A stretch of DNA of 64,000 nucleotides from assembly GCA_016281935.1 (NCBI GenBank), contig JAEEJN010000111.1, positions 4,742 through 68,741 on the forward strand, read 5' to 3'. This stretch comes from Bacillota bacterium. Its GTDB lineage: Bacteria > Bacillota > Clostridia > Christensenellales > UMGS416. Both the position numbers and the translations under genes were made by a program. Within the stretch, counting starts at the first letter, position 1. Each line of letters begins with the position of its first letter. A model generated the notes under the pieces. The model was not told the DNA's origin. It saw nothing but the letters and a program-made list of their open reading frames with translations, and did no database searches. This document shows positions 1-9,497 of this stretch, in pieces.

Positions 1-53
1 TCCCTGAGAAGACTCCTCCGTCGGCGGAAACGCCGGGGTTCCGCTATTCCGAC

Positions 54-359
54 ATGGAGGAAGCCTTCGCCCTGTGGGAAAAAGGCGGGGATTTCCTGTT
101 CGTGGACGTCCGCACCCCGGATGAATACGTCTTTGACGGCCACATCCCCGGCGCAGTCAATGTTCCCAACGATGACATCGGAGAAGACCCGATCCCGGAA
201 CTGCCCGACCTTGACCGGGAACTCCTCGTATACTGCCGTTCCGGCGTACGCAGTCTCGCTGCATCGGAGAAACTGACGGCTCTTGGCTATACCCGGGTCG
301 TCAACATCGGCGGCATCCTCGACTGGAAAGGAAAGACCAAAAGGGGGTATGATCCATGA
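54..359 (+). CDS. rhodanese-like domain protein (possibly 5'-truncated by window edge)
   Basis: 101-aa ORF with a rhodanese-type active-site loop, CRSGVRS. The frame stays open upstream to nt 3, so the true start may lie outside the window. ATGA overlap with the next ORF. Confidence 0.8.
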   Translation: MEEAFALWEKGGDFLFVDVRTPDEYVFDGHIPGAVNVPNDDIGEDPIPELPDLDRELLVYCRSGVRSLAASEKLTALGYTRVVNIGGILDWKGKTKRGYDP

Positions 360-793
360 GATACGGTTTCTACGGCTGGGAAGGAGCAAACGTTCCCCCT
401 GTTACGGATGAATTCCCCGGCATCTCCAATCCGAAAGATCTGTATGTGCGCCTCATGCGCATATGGGACGCAGATACCTGCGCGCCTCGGATGCGGAAAA
501 ACTGGGCAAACGAACATCCGTCCTTCGGTCAGTGTTCCGTAACCGCGTTCCTCGCCCAGGACATCTTCGGGGGTGAGGTCTTCGGCGTACCGCTGCCGGA
601 CGGCAATTTTCACTGTTTCAACCGCGTCGGGAACTGTGTGTTCGACCTGACGAGCGAGCAGTTCCCCTGCGCACTCTCTTATGAAGCCTGTCCCCCGCAG
701 TCGAGGGACGCCCATTTCGCCAAAGCGGAGAAACTGGCCCGCTACGAGCTTCTCCGGTCCAGGCTCCTTCGTTCCTGTACGCAGGAAGGATGA
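356..793 (+). CDS. YunG-family protein of unknown function
   Basis: 145 aa. Resembles the B. subtilis YunG pattern from memory (NP..GQCSVTA....D..GG......P.G..H.FNR......D.T..QF). Translationally coupled to the rhodanese ORF. Confidence 0.6.
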   Translation: MRYGFYGWEGANVPPVTDEFPGISNPKDLYVRLMRIWDADTCAPRMRKNWANEHPSFGQCSVTAFLAQDIFGGEVFGVPLPDGNFHCFNRVGNCVFDLTSEQFPCALSYEACPPQSRDAHFAKAEKLARYELLRSRLLRSCTQEG

Positions 794-850
794 CGCCGGA
801 CCGGTCACCCCTGTTTCGAACGCGGTCCCTTCCGGGACCAGGGAGGCACC

Positions 851-1609
851 ATGGCCAACATCAATGTCAATTTCCTGTCCTACACGCTGCACAGGGCCGT
901 AGACCTGACGGTCATCATCCCCACAGTCTGCTTCCCCGAGATGATGGCGGAGCATCCCCATCACCCGGCGGACGCAAAATACCCCGTGCTGTATCTTTTC
1001 CACGGCTACGGCAACAATCATCTGACCTGGAACGGATACACCTCCGTCGAGCTCTATGCCGAAGAGCGTCAGATCGCCGTAGTCATGCTGTCCGCAGAGA
1101 ACAAAGCCTATATCAACCACGGCGGCGACGACAATTATTACGATTTCATCTCCAAAGAACTCCCGGAATTCATCCGCGGCATGTTCCCCGTTTCCGACCG
1201 GCCCGAAGACACGTACATCGCAGGTCTGTCCATGGGTGGATTCGGCGCTCTGGTACACGGTCTTTCCCGCAGCAGCGAGTTCGCCGCGGTCGGAGCCTTT
1301 TCCGGTTCGGTCGGACGCAAAGGCTCGAGTGAAAGCCCGGAAACGAATCCCCTCATGCTGGCGGAAACCGCAGCAGCCGAAAACAGGCAGGTACCTCTGT
1401 ACATCGCCTGCGGAGACGCAGACGGGCTGTTCGAGAGCAACAGGGAATTCGTCGAGAAGACGAGATCCCTGGGTTTCCCGGTGACCTGGGTCGTCGGCGA
1501 AGGTTTCGGCCATGAGTGGCGTTTCTGGAACCGTGAAGTCGAAGCCTTCATGGACTGGCTTCCCCGCACGGATCCTTACTACAACGGCGGCCGCAAACGC
1601 AAGATCTGA
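851..1609 (+). CDS. esterase-family alpha/beta hydrolase (tributyrin/acetyl-xylan esterase-like)
   Basis: 252 aa with YLFHGYG oxyanion region and GLSMGG nucleophile elbow. SD GGGAGG lies upstream of the ATG. Confidence 0.8.
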   Translation: MANINVNFLSYTLHRAVDLTVIIPTVCFPEMMAEHPHHPADAKYPVLYLFHGYGNNHLTWNGYTSVELYAEERQIAVVMLSAENKAYINHGGDDNYYDFISKELPEFIRGMFPVSDRPEDTYIAGLSMGGFGALVHGLSRSSEFAAVGAFSGSVGRKGSSESPETNPLMLAETAAAENRQVPLYIACGDADGLFESNREFVEKTRSLGFPVTWVVGEGFGHEWRFWNREVEAFMDWLPRTDPYYNGGRKRKI

Positions 1610-1651
1610 AAACCTCCCCGCCCGCAGTCCCCGGGCAGAAAGGAATATGAG

Positions 1652-3922
1652 ATGGCAAAAAAATGGAAAGAGACAGTGCGTGAAGGATACCGCATCATCG
1701 AAAACGAAGGAGGAGCGACTCTGGGCTACTCTCCCGATTCCGGCGTGCGCATCCTGGAAGACGACGGATTCGCCTTCAAGGATCTGAACCGCAACGGCAT
1801 TCTGGATCCCTATGAAGACTGGCGGCTTCCTCTGGAAGAGCGAATCCGCGATCTTGTTTCCCGCATGAGCGTGGAGCAGATCGCCGGGCTCATGCTCTAT
1901 TCCTCCCATCAGTCCGTCAAGATCCCGGATTCCCGCAACACTTTCGCACGGCGCTTTTCAGGGACCTACGGCGGAAAGCCTTTCGCGGAATCCGGCGCGT
2001 CCATATCAGACCTGACTGATCAACAGAAAGTCTTCCTTTCCCGTGACAGGGTCCGCCATGTGCTCATGACAGCCGTGGAGAGCCCGGCCGACGCCGCCCG
2101 CTGGAGCAACAACGTGCAGGCTTTCGTGGAAGGCCTGGATCTCGGCATCCCCGTCTCCATCAGTTCCGATCCCCGCCATGGGGCGGAAGCCAACGGAGAA
2201 TACCTGGCGGGAGGAGACGGCGCCATCTCCCAGTGGCCGTCCTCTCTCGGCATGGCTGCGACCTTCGATCCCTCCCTTGTCGAGCGCTTCGGTGAGATCG
2301 CATCGGTCGAGTACCGTGCCCTTGGCATCACGACCGCGCTGTCTCCGCAGATCGATCTCGCGACCGAACCCAGATGGAGCCGGTTCTCAGGCACTTTCGG
2401 GGAAGATCCCTTCCTTGCCGCCGAAATGGCGCGCGCATACTGCGACGGGTTCCAGACCTCTTCCGGCAGCGCGGAGATCGAAGGCGGCTGGGGCCGTGAC
2501 AGTGTGAACGCCATGATCAAACACTGGCCCGGCGGAGGCGCCGGAGAAGGAGGCAGGGACGCGCACTTCGCATACGGAAAATACGCTGTCTATCCCGGCG
2601 GCGGCTTTGAGACCGCACAGATCCCCTTCACACAAGGCGCACTGAAACTGAACGGACAGACCGGACAGGCCGCCAGCGTCATGCCTTATTACACAATTTC
2701 CTTTGATCAGGACACAAAATACGGGGAAAACGTCGGCAACGCATACAGCCGCTATATCCTGGGCGACCTTCTCCGCAGACAGTTCGGCTTCGACGGCGTC
2801 ATCTGCACGGACTGGGGCGTGACCCACGACAATCACGCGATCGACGAGTTCGCCACGACCTGCTGGGGCGTGGAGGGGCTCAACGAAAACGAACGGCATT
2901 ACAAAGCGATCCTCGCAGGCGTCGACCAGTTCGGCGGAAACAACGCGATCGCTCCGGTCCTCTCCGCATTCCGTATCGGCGTGGCCGCACGCGGTGAGGA
3001 GTGGATGAAGGAACGTTTCCGTCAGAGCGCGGTGCGCCTCGTACGCAATCTCATGCATACGGGCCTGTTCGAGAATCCCTACCTGGATCCTGGAAACAGT
3101 GCCCGCATCGTAGGCAGAGCCGAATATATGCAGGCCGGTTTCGAAGCCCAGAAAAAATCCGTTGTCCTGCTCAAAAACCGCGGAGGCATCCTGCCCCTCG
3201 GCAGGGTAAAAGTCTATGTGCCGCAGCGCAGGATCAAACCCGGAGGTCCCTTCCCGTTCATGTCGGAAGCGGAAGAAAAAACGGTGCCCGCCGTTCCGGA
3301 GACGCTCCTTTCGCATTACTTCGATCCCGTTCCGACGCCTGAAGAAGCAGACGCGGCCATCGTCTTCATGGACTCTCCCTCCAGCGTCGGTTTCGACGCC
3401 TCAAAGGGCGGCTATCTTCCCATCTCCCTGCAGTACAGGCCCTATACGGCAGCCACGGCCAGAGCACAGAGCATCGCCGCGGGGCACCCTACGGAGAATG
3501 AGACCAACCGTTCCTACAGAGGCAGGACGAATACCACGCGGAACGAAGCCGATCTGGATATTTTCCTTCAGACCCGGGAAGCCATGGGGGACAAACCCGT
3601 GATCGCCGTCCTCAATCTGAGCAACCCGACGGTCGTCCGTGAATTTGAACCTTATGCGGATGCTGTCCTCGTATCCTTTGCGTGTCAGAACCAGGCAGTC
3701 CTGGAGATCCTTTCAGGCGCACAGGCGCCGTCCGGCCTTCTCCCCTGCCAGCTTCCCGCCGACATGGAAACGGTCGAAGAACAGTGTGAAGACATCGGCC
3801 GCGACATGCGCTGTCATGTAGATACGGAAGGACACGTCTACGATTTCGCTTACGGAATGGATTATTCCGGCGTTATCCTGGACGAAAGAGTCAGAAAATA
3901 CGGAGGTAAATCACCCGTCTGA
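1652..3922 (+). CDS. glycoside hydrolase family 3 (beta-glucosidase/beta-xylosidase-like), cytoplasmic
   Basis: 756 aa with GH3 N-terminal features (SDPRHG, KHWPGGG) and a nucleophile region ICTDWG. No signal peptide. Confidence 0.85.
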   Translation: MAKKWKETVREGYRIIENEGGATLGYSPDSGVRILEDDGFAFKDLNRNGILDPYEDWRLPLEERIRDLVSRMSVEQIAGLMLYSSHQSVKIPDSRNTFARRFSGTYGGKPFAESGASISDLTDQQKVFLSRDRVRHVLMTAVESPADAARWSNNVQAFVEGLDLGIPVSISSDPRHGAEANGEYLAGGDGAISQWPSSLGMAATFDPSLVERFGEIASVEYRALGITTALSPQIDLATEPRWSRFSGTFGEDPFLAAEMARAYCDGFQTSSGSAEIEGGWGRDSVNAMIKHWPGGGAGEGGRDAHFAYGKYAVYPGGGFETAQIPFTQGALKLNGQTGQAASVMPYYTISFDQDTKYGENVGNAYSRYILGDLLRRQFGFDGVICTDWGVTHDNHAIDEFATTCWGVEGLNENERHYKAILAGVDQFGGNNAIAPVLSAFRIGVAARGEEWMKERFRQSAVRLVRNLMHTGLFENPYLDPGNSARIVGRAEYMQAGFEAQKKSVVLLKNRGGILPLGRVKVYVPQRRIKPGGPFPFMSEAEEKTVPAVPETLLSHYFDPVPTPEEADAAIVFMDSPSSVGFDASKGGYLPISLQYRPYTAATARAQSIAAGHPTENETNRSYRGRTNTTRNEADLDIFLQTREAMGDKPVIAVLNLSNPTVVREFEPYADAVLVSFACQNQAVLEILSGAQAPSGLLPCQLPADMETVEEQCEDIGRDMRCHVDTEGHVYDFAYGMDYSGVILDERVRKYGGKSPV

Positions 3923-3936
3923 CGGTGTAAACAGAA

Positions 3937-4926
3937 ATGACGACAGAATTTGACCTGATCACAAAGGAGGACATCCTTGAGATCCTCAGGATGCCCGAAG
4001 AACAGTACCGGGCGGTCCTGGCGCCTAAAGCGAAGGCCGTCCATATCGAGACGAACGGGAACACGCTCACCGCAACGGCGATGCTGGGCTTTTCCAACAT
4101 CTGCAGGAACCGCTGCCTGTACTGCGGCATGCGTGCCGGAAACGCAATTCCCCGTTACCGCATGGAGATCCCCAGGATCCTGGAACTCTTCGCATCAGCG
4201 CATAAACAGGGGCTGCGCAGAGCGTTCCTCGTATCCGGCGAAGACCCCGGTTTCGCTTTCGACAGTCTCCTGAAGCTTGTCGCCTCCCTGAAGGATCAGG
4301 GAATGGAATGGATCAGCCTGGCCTGCGGTGAATTCGAAAAGAGCCAGTACAGTGAACTGCATGATGCAGGCGCAGACGAATACGTCCTGAAATTCGAGAT
4401 GGGTCAGGAGGAGGTGTTCAACCGTCTGAACCCGTCCACGGACTTCAGGAAACGGATGGCTGCGATCCGCAGCATCCGGGAACTGGACATCCCTCTGGCG
4501 TCAGGAGACATCGTAGGATATCCCGGTCAGACGGAAGAGATGCTGGCGGAAGACCTGCTCCTCATGCGGGACCTCGGGATCTCCTGGGCTCCGATCATCC
4601 CCTATATGCCCGCGAAGAACACCCCCCTGGCGCTCGAAGGCGGTCCGGGCCGGCTGGACTGGATGTGGAAAGTGATCTCAGTCCTTCGCCTGATGATGCC
4701 CAAAGTCAACATCACGGCGCAGCAGCCGGGCAAAGACCCGGCGGAAGGACTGGCAAGCCGTGAAGGCAATCTCGCCGCCCTTAACGCGGGAGCCAACTTC
4801 CTCTACGCGGATCTTCTTCCCGCTTCTCAGGCGGAAGATTTCCGTGTGATCGATCACCGCGTGACGCTCGGACTGGATCATATCCGCGAGATGGCGGATG
4901 TTTCCGGAATGGTTCTGACTTTCTGA
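3937..4926 (+). CDS. radical SAM protein, HydE/BioB-like
   Basis: 329 aa. CRNRCLYCGMRAGN (CX3CX2C) followed by RYRM, SGEDP, AGADEY and GYPGQT blocks that parallel Thermotoga HydE as I recall it. Confidence 0.7.
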   Translation: MTTEFDLITKEDILEILRMPEEQYRAVLAPKAKAVHIETNGNTLTATAMLGFSNICRNRCLYCGMRAGNAIPRYRMEIPRILELFASAHKQGLRRAFLVSGEDPGFAFDSLLKLVASLKDQGMEWISLACGEFEKSQYSELHDAGADEYVLKFEMGQEEVFNRLNPSTDFRKRMAAIRSIRELDIPLASGDIVGYPGQTEEMLAEDLLLMRDLGISWAPIIPYMPAKNTPLALEGGPGRLDWMWKVISVLRLMMPKVNITAQQPGKDPAEGLASREGNLAALNAGANFLYADLLPASQAEDFRVIDHRVTLGLDHIREMADVSGMVLTF

Positions 4927-4956
4927 TACGGAACCGATGATTGGCATACTAAAACG

Positions 4957-4985
4957 GCGTGACCGTCAGGGTCACGCTGTTTTTC
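4957..4985. terminator. bidirectional rho-independent terminator
   Basis: GCGTGACC-loop-GGTCACGC followed by TGTTTTT and preceded by AAAAC. Sits between convergent genes. Confidence 0.7.
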
Positions 4986-5023
4986 TGTCCATATCGATGC
5001 GGCTGTCAAACGTACGAATGCGA

Positions 5024-5881
5024 TCAGTCCGTCCGCAGACTGCTGAGATCCGGTGATCTTTTCGGATCCCAGAGTGTCAGGAAGGGAAACGGTGAAAACG
5101 CCTTTTCCGTTCCTTCCTCCTCCACGCCCTGATACATCCCGAAATGAAGATGCGGAACGAACTGGCCGGTCGTCCCTTCAGGTCCGTAGCCGGAGTCTCC
5201 CACATAGCCCAGGATCTGTCCTTTGCCCACATGGTCTCCGACCTCCACATCCGCATAGGCGCTGAGATGGGCGTAATAATAGTAGACGCCGTCGCTGTCG
5301 CCGCGGACGCCGATCCTCCAGCCGCCCAGATTCAGCCATCCTTTCTTTTCCACAACTCCGGAACAAACCGAGCGGACGGGTTCTCCCATATCCGCGAAGA
5401 TATCGATACCCTCATGCTTCCGGTTGTCGGACCGCCCCATGCCCCAGCTATCGGAATAATCGTAATTGATATCCTCCGCCAGCGGGAAGAACTTGTCCCG
5501 CGCGACAGAGCCGATGCCGGCCAGCCGTAAGGCCTGATCCTCCGCCTGTTTCAGCTTCCTTCCGGAAAAGGCTGATTCCAGATAAGACCGGACGCTTTGT
5601 CCGGTGGGCTCGAACTGATCGGCCGCCTGTGTCCATGGGAGTGAGCGGATCCTGCAGGCCGCCCCCGCGGCCTCCAGCGGAACGCCCCTGACTTCGGCGC
5701 ACAAAAGGCCCATCATGTCCGCCGGTTCCAGATCGGCCGGAAGGACGGCTTCCGTCTCCTGACCTCCGGCCAGCGCCGTGATCAGCAGGAATATTCCCAT
5801 GCAAAGAGCCAGCGCGCCAGCTGTCAGCATGATCGCTGTCTTTCTGGCTGCTGCACTGCTCCTTGTTCTGCGACGGTTCAT
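5024..5881 (-). CDS. M23 family metallopeptidase (peptidoglycan endopeptidase), membrane anchored
   Basis: 285 aa with an N-terminal TM, HEGIDI (HxxxD) and PHLHFG motifs. SD GGAGGA. Confidence 0.85.
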   Translation of the reverse strand: MNRRRTRSSAAARKTAIMLTAGALALCMGIFLLITALAGGQETEAVLPADLEPADMMGLLCAEVRGVPLEAAGAACRIRSLPWTQAADQFEPTGQSVRSYLESAFSGRKLKQAEDQALRLAGIGSVARDKFFPLAEDINYDYSDSWGMGRSDNRKHEGIDIFADMGEPVRSVCSGVVEKKGWLNLGGWRIGVRGDSDGVYYYYAHLSAYADVEVGDHVGKGQILGYVGDSGYGPEGTTGQFVPHLHFGMYQGVEEEGTEKAFSPFPFLTLWDPKRSPDLSSLRTD

Positions 5882-5949
5882 TTACCATCCTCCTCTGACC
5901 TGTTTAATCTGATCTTAGCGTGAAGACCCATCCGTTTGCCATCCGTGTT

Positions 5950-7104
5950 TCAGCTGTGCGCTTTCAGAAAGCGCACGACGGCGGATTCCGCCTCGGGAAG
6001 GCGGCGGTCATAGCAATGGGTATCCCCGGGAAGAACGACGAGTTCGCAGTCCGCGTACTTCGCCGCCGCTTCCTGTGCATACACGAAGGGTACGGCTTCG
6101 TCCGTATCCGCATGCACGATAAGCACCGGGCCTTTGAACGCCCGGATCGCTTCCTCCACGGGGAGGAACTGGGCCACGCGGAAATAGTTTCCCGAAAGGA
6201 CGCGTCCTCCGCCCATATCCACTTCGTCCGGCACATGGTCCGGATCATAGGACGCTCCGAACAGGCCGCCGGTCCTCGCCTTGTCCCAGATCACGATGGC
6301 AGGAGCCAGGGGGATCAGACCGCTTAGCCGGTCCCGTTTCATGGCGCCCGCGATCATGGCGGTCAGACCGCCTTGGGAATGTCCCGCGAGGAAGAGTTTG
6401 CCGGCAAAGGGCAGATCGGCCGCATAGTCGATGACGGTAAGCATCTCCTCGACCCATTTGCCGATATCGTGATCCCGAAAAGAGCCGTCGCTCCCGCCGT
6501 GTCCGTACAGTTCGATGCGCAGGCAGGCGAACCCGGCTTCCGTCACGGCTCCGGCGATCCCCGTGATGTGCCGTTCCTCCATATGGCCGGTATATCCGTG
6601 CTCCAGGATAAGGAGAGGATATTTCTCCTTCTTTTCCTCCGGAAGATCCAGCTTCGCGTGCAGTTTGAGCCCGTCGTGGCTGATATAGAATTCCTTCGTT
6701 TCCATCGTGACCTCTCCTCTTCCGAATTCTGTCCGTATCCTTTCCAGTATGGTCTCGTCCGCGGGACAGAAGTCATATTTTCCCGTTTCCTCGGGCAGGA
6801 TGAACGCCGTCGCCGCATGCTCGTACGGGAACAGTTTCCCCCCGGCGATCCGCGCGTGGTACAGAAACAGACGCACCGTCAGATCAGGATATTCATGCGT
6901 GACTTCCATATACAGGGGACCTACGGCCACCGTCACGCCCAGTTCTTCCCGGCATTCGCGGATCAGTGCGTCCTCCCGGCTTTCTCCCGGCTCGACTTTC
7001 CCGCCGACGAACTCCCAAAGAAGTCCCCTTGCTTTTTCCTTCGGCCTCTGACAGATGAGGAACCTGTTCCCCTGCCAGATCAGAGCCGCTACCACGTCAG
7101 TCAT
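5950..7104 (-). CDS. fusion protein: N-terminal NUDIX (MutT-like) hydrolase + C-terminal cinnamoyl/feruloyl-esterase-type alpha/beta hydrolase
   Basis: 384 aa in a single uninterrupted frame. Nudix box GGKVEPGESREDALIRECREELGV at aa ~34-57. C-terminal half has GHSQGG, YDPDHVPDE, DTDEAVP and GDTHCY, resembling Lactobacillus/Butyrivibrio cinnamoyl esterases. Confidence 0.8.
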   Translation of the reverse strand: MTDVVAALIWQGNRFLICQRPKEKARGLLWEFVGGKVEPGESREDALIRECREELGVTVAVGPLYMEVTHEYPDLTVRLFLYHARIAGGKLFPYEHAATAFILPEETGKYDFCPADETILERIRTEFGRGEVTMETKEFYISHDGLKLHAKLDLPEEKKEKYPLLILEHGYTGHMEERHITGIAGAVTEAGFACLRIELYGHGGSDGSFRDHDIGKWVEEMLTVIDYAADLPFAGKLFLAGHSQGGLTAMIAGAMKRDRLSGLIPLAPAIVIWDKARTGGLFGASYDPDHVPDEVDMGGGRVLSGNYFRVAQFLPVEEAIRAFKGPVLIVHADTDEAVPFVYAQEAAAKYADCELVVLPGDTHCYDRRLPEAESAVVRFLKAHS

Positions 7105-7235
7105 GTCCGCCTCCTGTTTCCGAATGTAGCATACGGCACCGAAGGTGTCAATACGGACCGGCCGATGGTTCCGGCCGCCTTGCCCTGCATCTCAAAGCGT
7201 GGTACACTTGGTACAAACATCATGGAGGTGGATAC

Positions 7236-8621
7236 ATGGAAAGACCGAACGCCTGGAAGACCTACACCGATGCGGATCTGACCGCACTTGAGACCTTATC
7301 GTCCAAATACCGCGCTTTTCTTGATGCCGGGAAGACCGAGCGTGAATGCGTGCTGGAAACGGTCGAGACCGCCAAAGCCAACGGATACATCGATATTCAG
7401 GACGCGATCGCGGCCGGACGCCGCCTCATGCCCGGCGACAAGGTCTATGTGAACGTCATGGGCAAAGCCGTCCTGCTTTTCCTCCTCGGAAAAAAGCCTC
7501 TGGAAAGCGGGATCAACATCGTCGGCGCGCACATCGACTCTCCCCGCATCGACATCAAGCAGAATCCCTTCTATGAAGATACGGAACTGGCGTATGCCGA
7601 TACGCACTATTACGGCGGTATCAAGAAGTTCCACTGGGTCGCCCGCGCTCTGGCTCTCCACGGTGTCGTGGCGAAGAAAGACGGTACGGTCGTTCCGATC
7701 GTCATCGGCGAAGACGAGAGCGATCCCGTCGTCGGGATCTCCGATCTGCTGATCCATCTTTCCCAGGAGCAGATGGCCAAGAAGGCCAGCGAAGTCATCT
7801 CCGGCGAAGCCCTGGACATCATCCTGGCCGGAAAGCCGCTGGCCGGCGAGGAAAAGGACGCTGTGAAAGCCCAGCTCCTCACGATCCTCAAAGAGAAATA
7901 CGACATCGAAGAAGAGGACATGCTTTCCGCTGAGATCGAAGCGGTCCCTGCCGGCCCCTCCCGCGACTTCGGGCTCGACCGCAGCATGATCCTGGGCTAC
8001 GGACACGATGACCGTGTCTGCGCTTTCTCCTCTCTCTCCGCGATCCTGTCTCTGAAAGACGTTCCGGAATCCTCCGTATGCTGCATGCTCACGGACAAGG
8101 AAGAGATCGGCAGCGTGGGAGCGACCGGCATGCAGGCCAAGTATTTCGAGAATGCCGTGGCCGAACTCATCGCGCTGACGGCGGACTCCTATTCCGATCT
8201 CATCCTTCGCAGAGCGCTGGCGAACTGCCGCATGCTCTCCTGCGACGTGTCAGCCGGATATGACCCCCTGTACGCGTCCGCGTTCGAGAAGAAGAACGCC
8301 GCAATCCTCGGCCGCGGCGTGTGCTACAACAAATTCACGGGCTCCCGCGGAAAATCCGGATCCAACGACGCAAATGCTGAATTCATCGGCCGTCTGCGCA
8401 GGATCATGGACGACAACGGCGTCTCCTGGCAGACCGCGGAACTCGGCCGCGTGGATCTCGGAGGCGGCGGGACGATCGCCTATATCTGCGCTCTTTACGG
8501 GATGGAAGTCATCGATTCCGGCGTACCTGTACTTTCCATGCATGCTCCGCAGGAGATCATCAGCAAAGCCGATCTTTACGAAGCGGTCAAAGCCTATACC
8601 GCTTTCATGAAAGAAGCGTAA
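7236..8621 (+). CDS. M18 family aminopeptidase
   Basis: 461 aa. N-terminal region and the GAHIDSPR, GYGHDDR, DKEEIGS and MHAP blocks are typical of aminopeptidase 1/aspartyl aminopeptidase. SD GGAGGTGG. Confidence 0.85.
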   Translation: MERPNAWKTYTDADLTALETLSSKYRAFLDAGKTERECVLETVETAKANGYIDIQDAIAAGRRLMPGDKVYVNVMGKAVLLFLLGKKPLESGINIVGAHIDSPRIDIKQNPFYEDTELAYADTHYYGGIKKFHWVARALALHGVVAKKDGTVVPIVIGEDESDPVVGISDLLIHLSQEQMAKKASEVISGEALDIILAGKPLAGEEKDAVKAQLLTILKEKYDIEEEDMLSAEIEAVPAGPSRDFGLDRSMILGYGHDDRVCAFSSLSAILSLKDVPESSVCCMLTDKEEIGSVGATGMQAKYFENAVAELIALTADSYSDLILRRALANCRMLSCDVSAGYDPLYASAFEKKNAAILGRGVCYNKFTGSRGKSGSNDANAEFIGRLRRIMDDNGVSWQTAELGRVDLGGGGTIAYICALYGMEVIDSGVPVLSMHAPQEIISKADLYEAVKAYTAFMKEA

Positions 8622-8629
8622 GAAAACAC

Positions 8630-8665
8630 GGAACGCCGTTCCCCCGGGGACGGCGTTCCTTTTTT
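8630..8665 (+). terminator. rho-independent terminator
   Basis: GGAACGCCG-loop-CGGCGTTCC followed by TTTTTT. Confidence 0.8.
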
Positions 8666-8678
8666 CCGGGAGGTATCC

Positions 8679-9437
8679 ATGGACAATTACGAAAACTGGA
8701 TCGCTTGGGAAAAGGACGCAAAGATCAAAGGCTGGGACTTTTCCAGGATCGACGGACTGTATGAGGAGGAAGACCCTCCATGGGATTACCATGGGGAGAT
8801 CCTTTCCCGCCTGCGGCCCGACAGCCGTCTGATGGATATCGACACGGGCGGCGGAGAGTTCCTGCTCGAACTGGGCCACGATCCGCACAGGACCACGGTG
8901 ACGGAAGCTTATCCCCCCAACGTCGATCTGTGCAGGAGAGTCCTGTCCCCTCTCGGGATCCGGGTGATCGAAGCTTCCGGAAACGGTCCGCTTCCGGTCC
9001 CGGACGAAAGCGTCGATCTTCTCATTGACCGCAACGGAGACCTGAACCCGCGTGAATTCTACCGCGTGCTCGTCCCCGGAGGCGTCTGCATCACTCAGCA
9101 GGTCGGCGATTCCAACGATCGGGAACTGGTCGACCTGCTCCTCCCGGGAACTCCGCGGCCTTTCCCCAGACAGACGCTCGATCTTCTCTCTTCCGATTTC
9201 CTCCGTGCGGGATTCCGTCTGGAGACCGCCAGGGAAGCCTACGCACCCCTCCGCTTTTTCGATATCGGGGCCCTTGTTTGGTTCGCGCACGTCATCGAAT
9301 GGGAGTTTCCCGGTTTTTCGGTGGACGCATGCCGGGACCGGCTGGAGGAAGCGCAGAAGATCCTCGGGCAAAAAGGAGAGATCGCGTGTCTGAAACACCG
9401 GCTGCTCTTCATCGCAGTCAAAGATCCCGTACGGTGA
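8679..9437 (+). CDS. class I SAM-dependent methyltransferase
   Basis: 252 aa with motif I MDIDTGGGEF and a later DLLIDRNG block. Confidence 0.7.
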   Translation: MDNYENWIAWEKDAKIKGWDFSRIDGLYEEEDPPWDYHGEILSRLRPDSRLMDIDTGGGEFLLELGHDPHRTTVTEAYPPNVDLCRRVLSPLGIRVIEASGNGPLPVPDESVDLLIDRNGDLNPREFYRVLVPGGVCITQQVGDSNDRELVDLLLPGTPRPFPRQTLDLLSSDFLRAGFRLETAREAYAPLRFFDIGALVWFAHVIEWEFPGFSVDACRDRLEEAQKILGQKGEIACLKHRLLFIAVKDPVR

Positions 9438-9497
9438 ATCCTCCGCCGGAAATCAAAGAAGCCGCACGTTTCCGTGCGGCTTCCGCTGTCTTTGCAC

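Noticed and set aside
287-1909. Very long ORFs antisense to confirmed genes. Examples: 287-1909(-), 26317-27891(-), 40970-42388(-), 42388-43803(+), 49741-51069(-), 50505-51884(-), 53636-55006(+), 60517-62091(+), 35008-35904(-), 35901-36971(-).
   Set aside because: Their translations are Arg/Gly/His/Asp-rich low-complexity strings with no motifs or SD sequences, and they mirror strongly supported genes (esterase, isomerase, ftsZ, SBP, pgk, tpiA, abfA and others). Such shadow ORFs are expected in high-GC DNA with GC3-biased codons.
3937-4926. The HydE-like gene as evidence of a hydrogenase maturation locus.
   Set aside because: No hydF, hydG or hydrogenase genes are in the window. It is kept only as a low-interest context observation.
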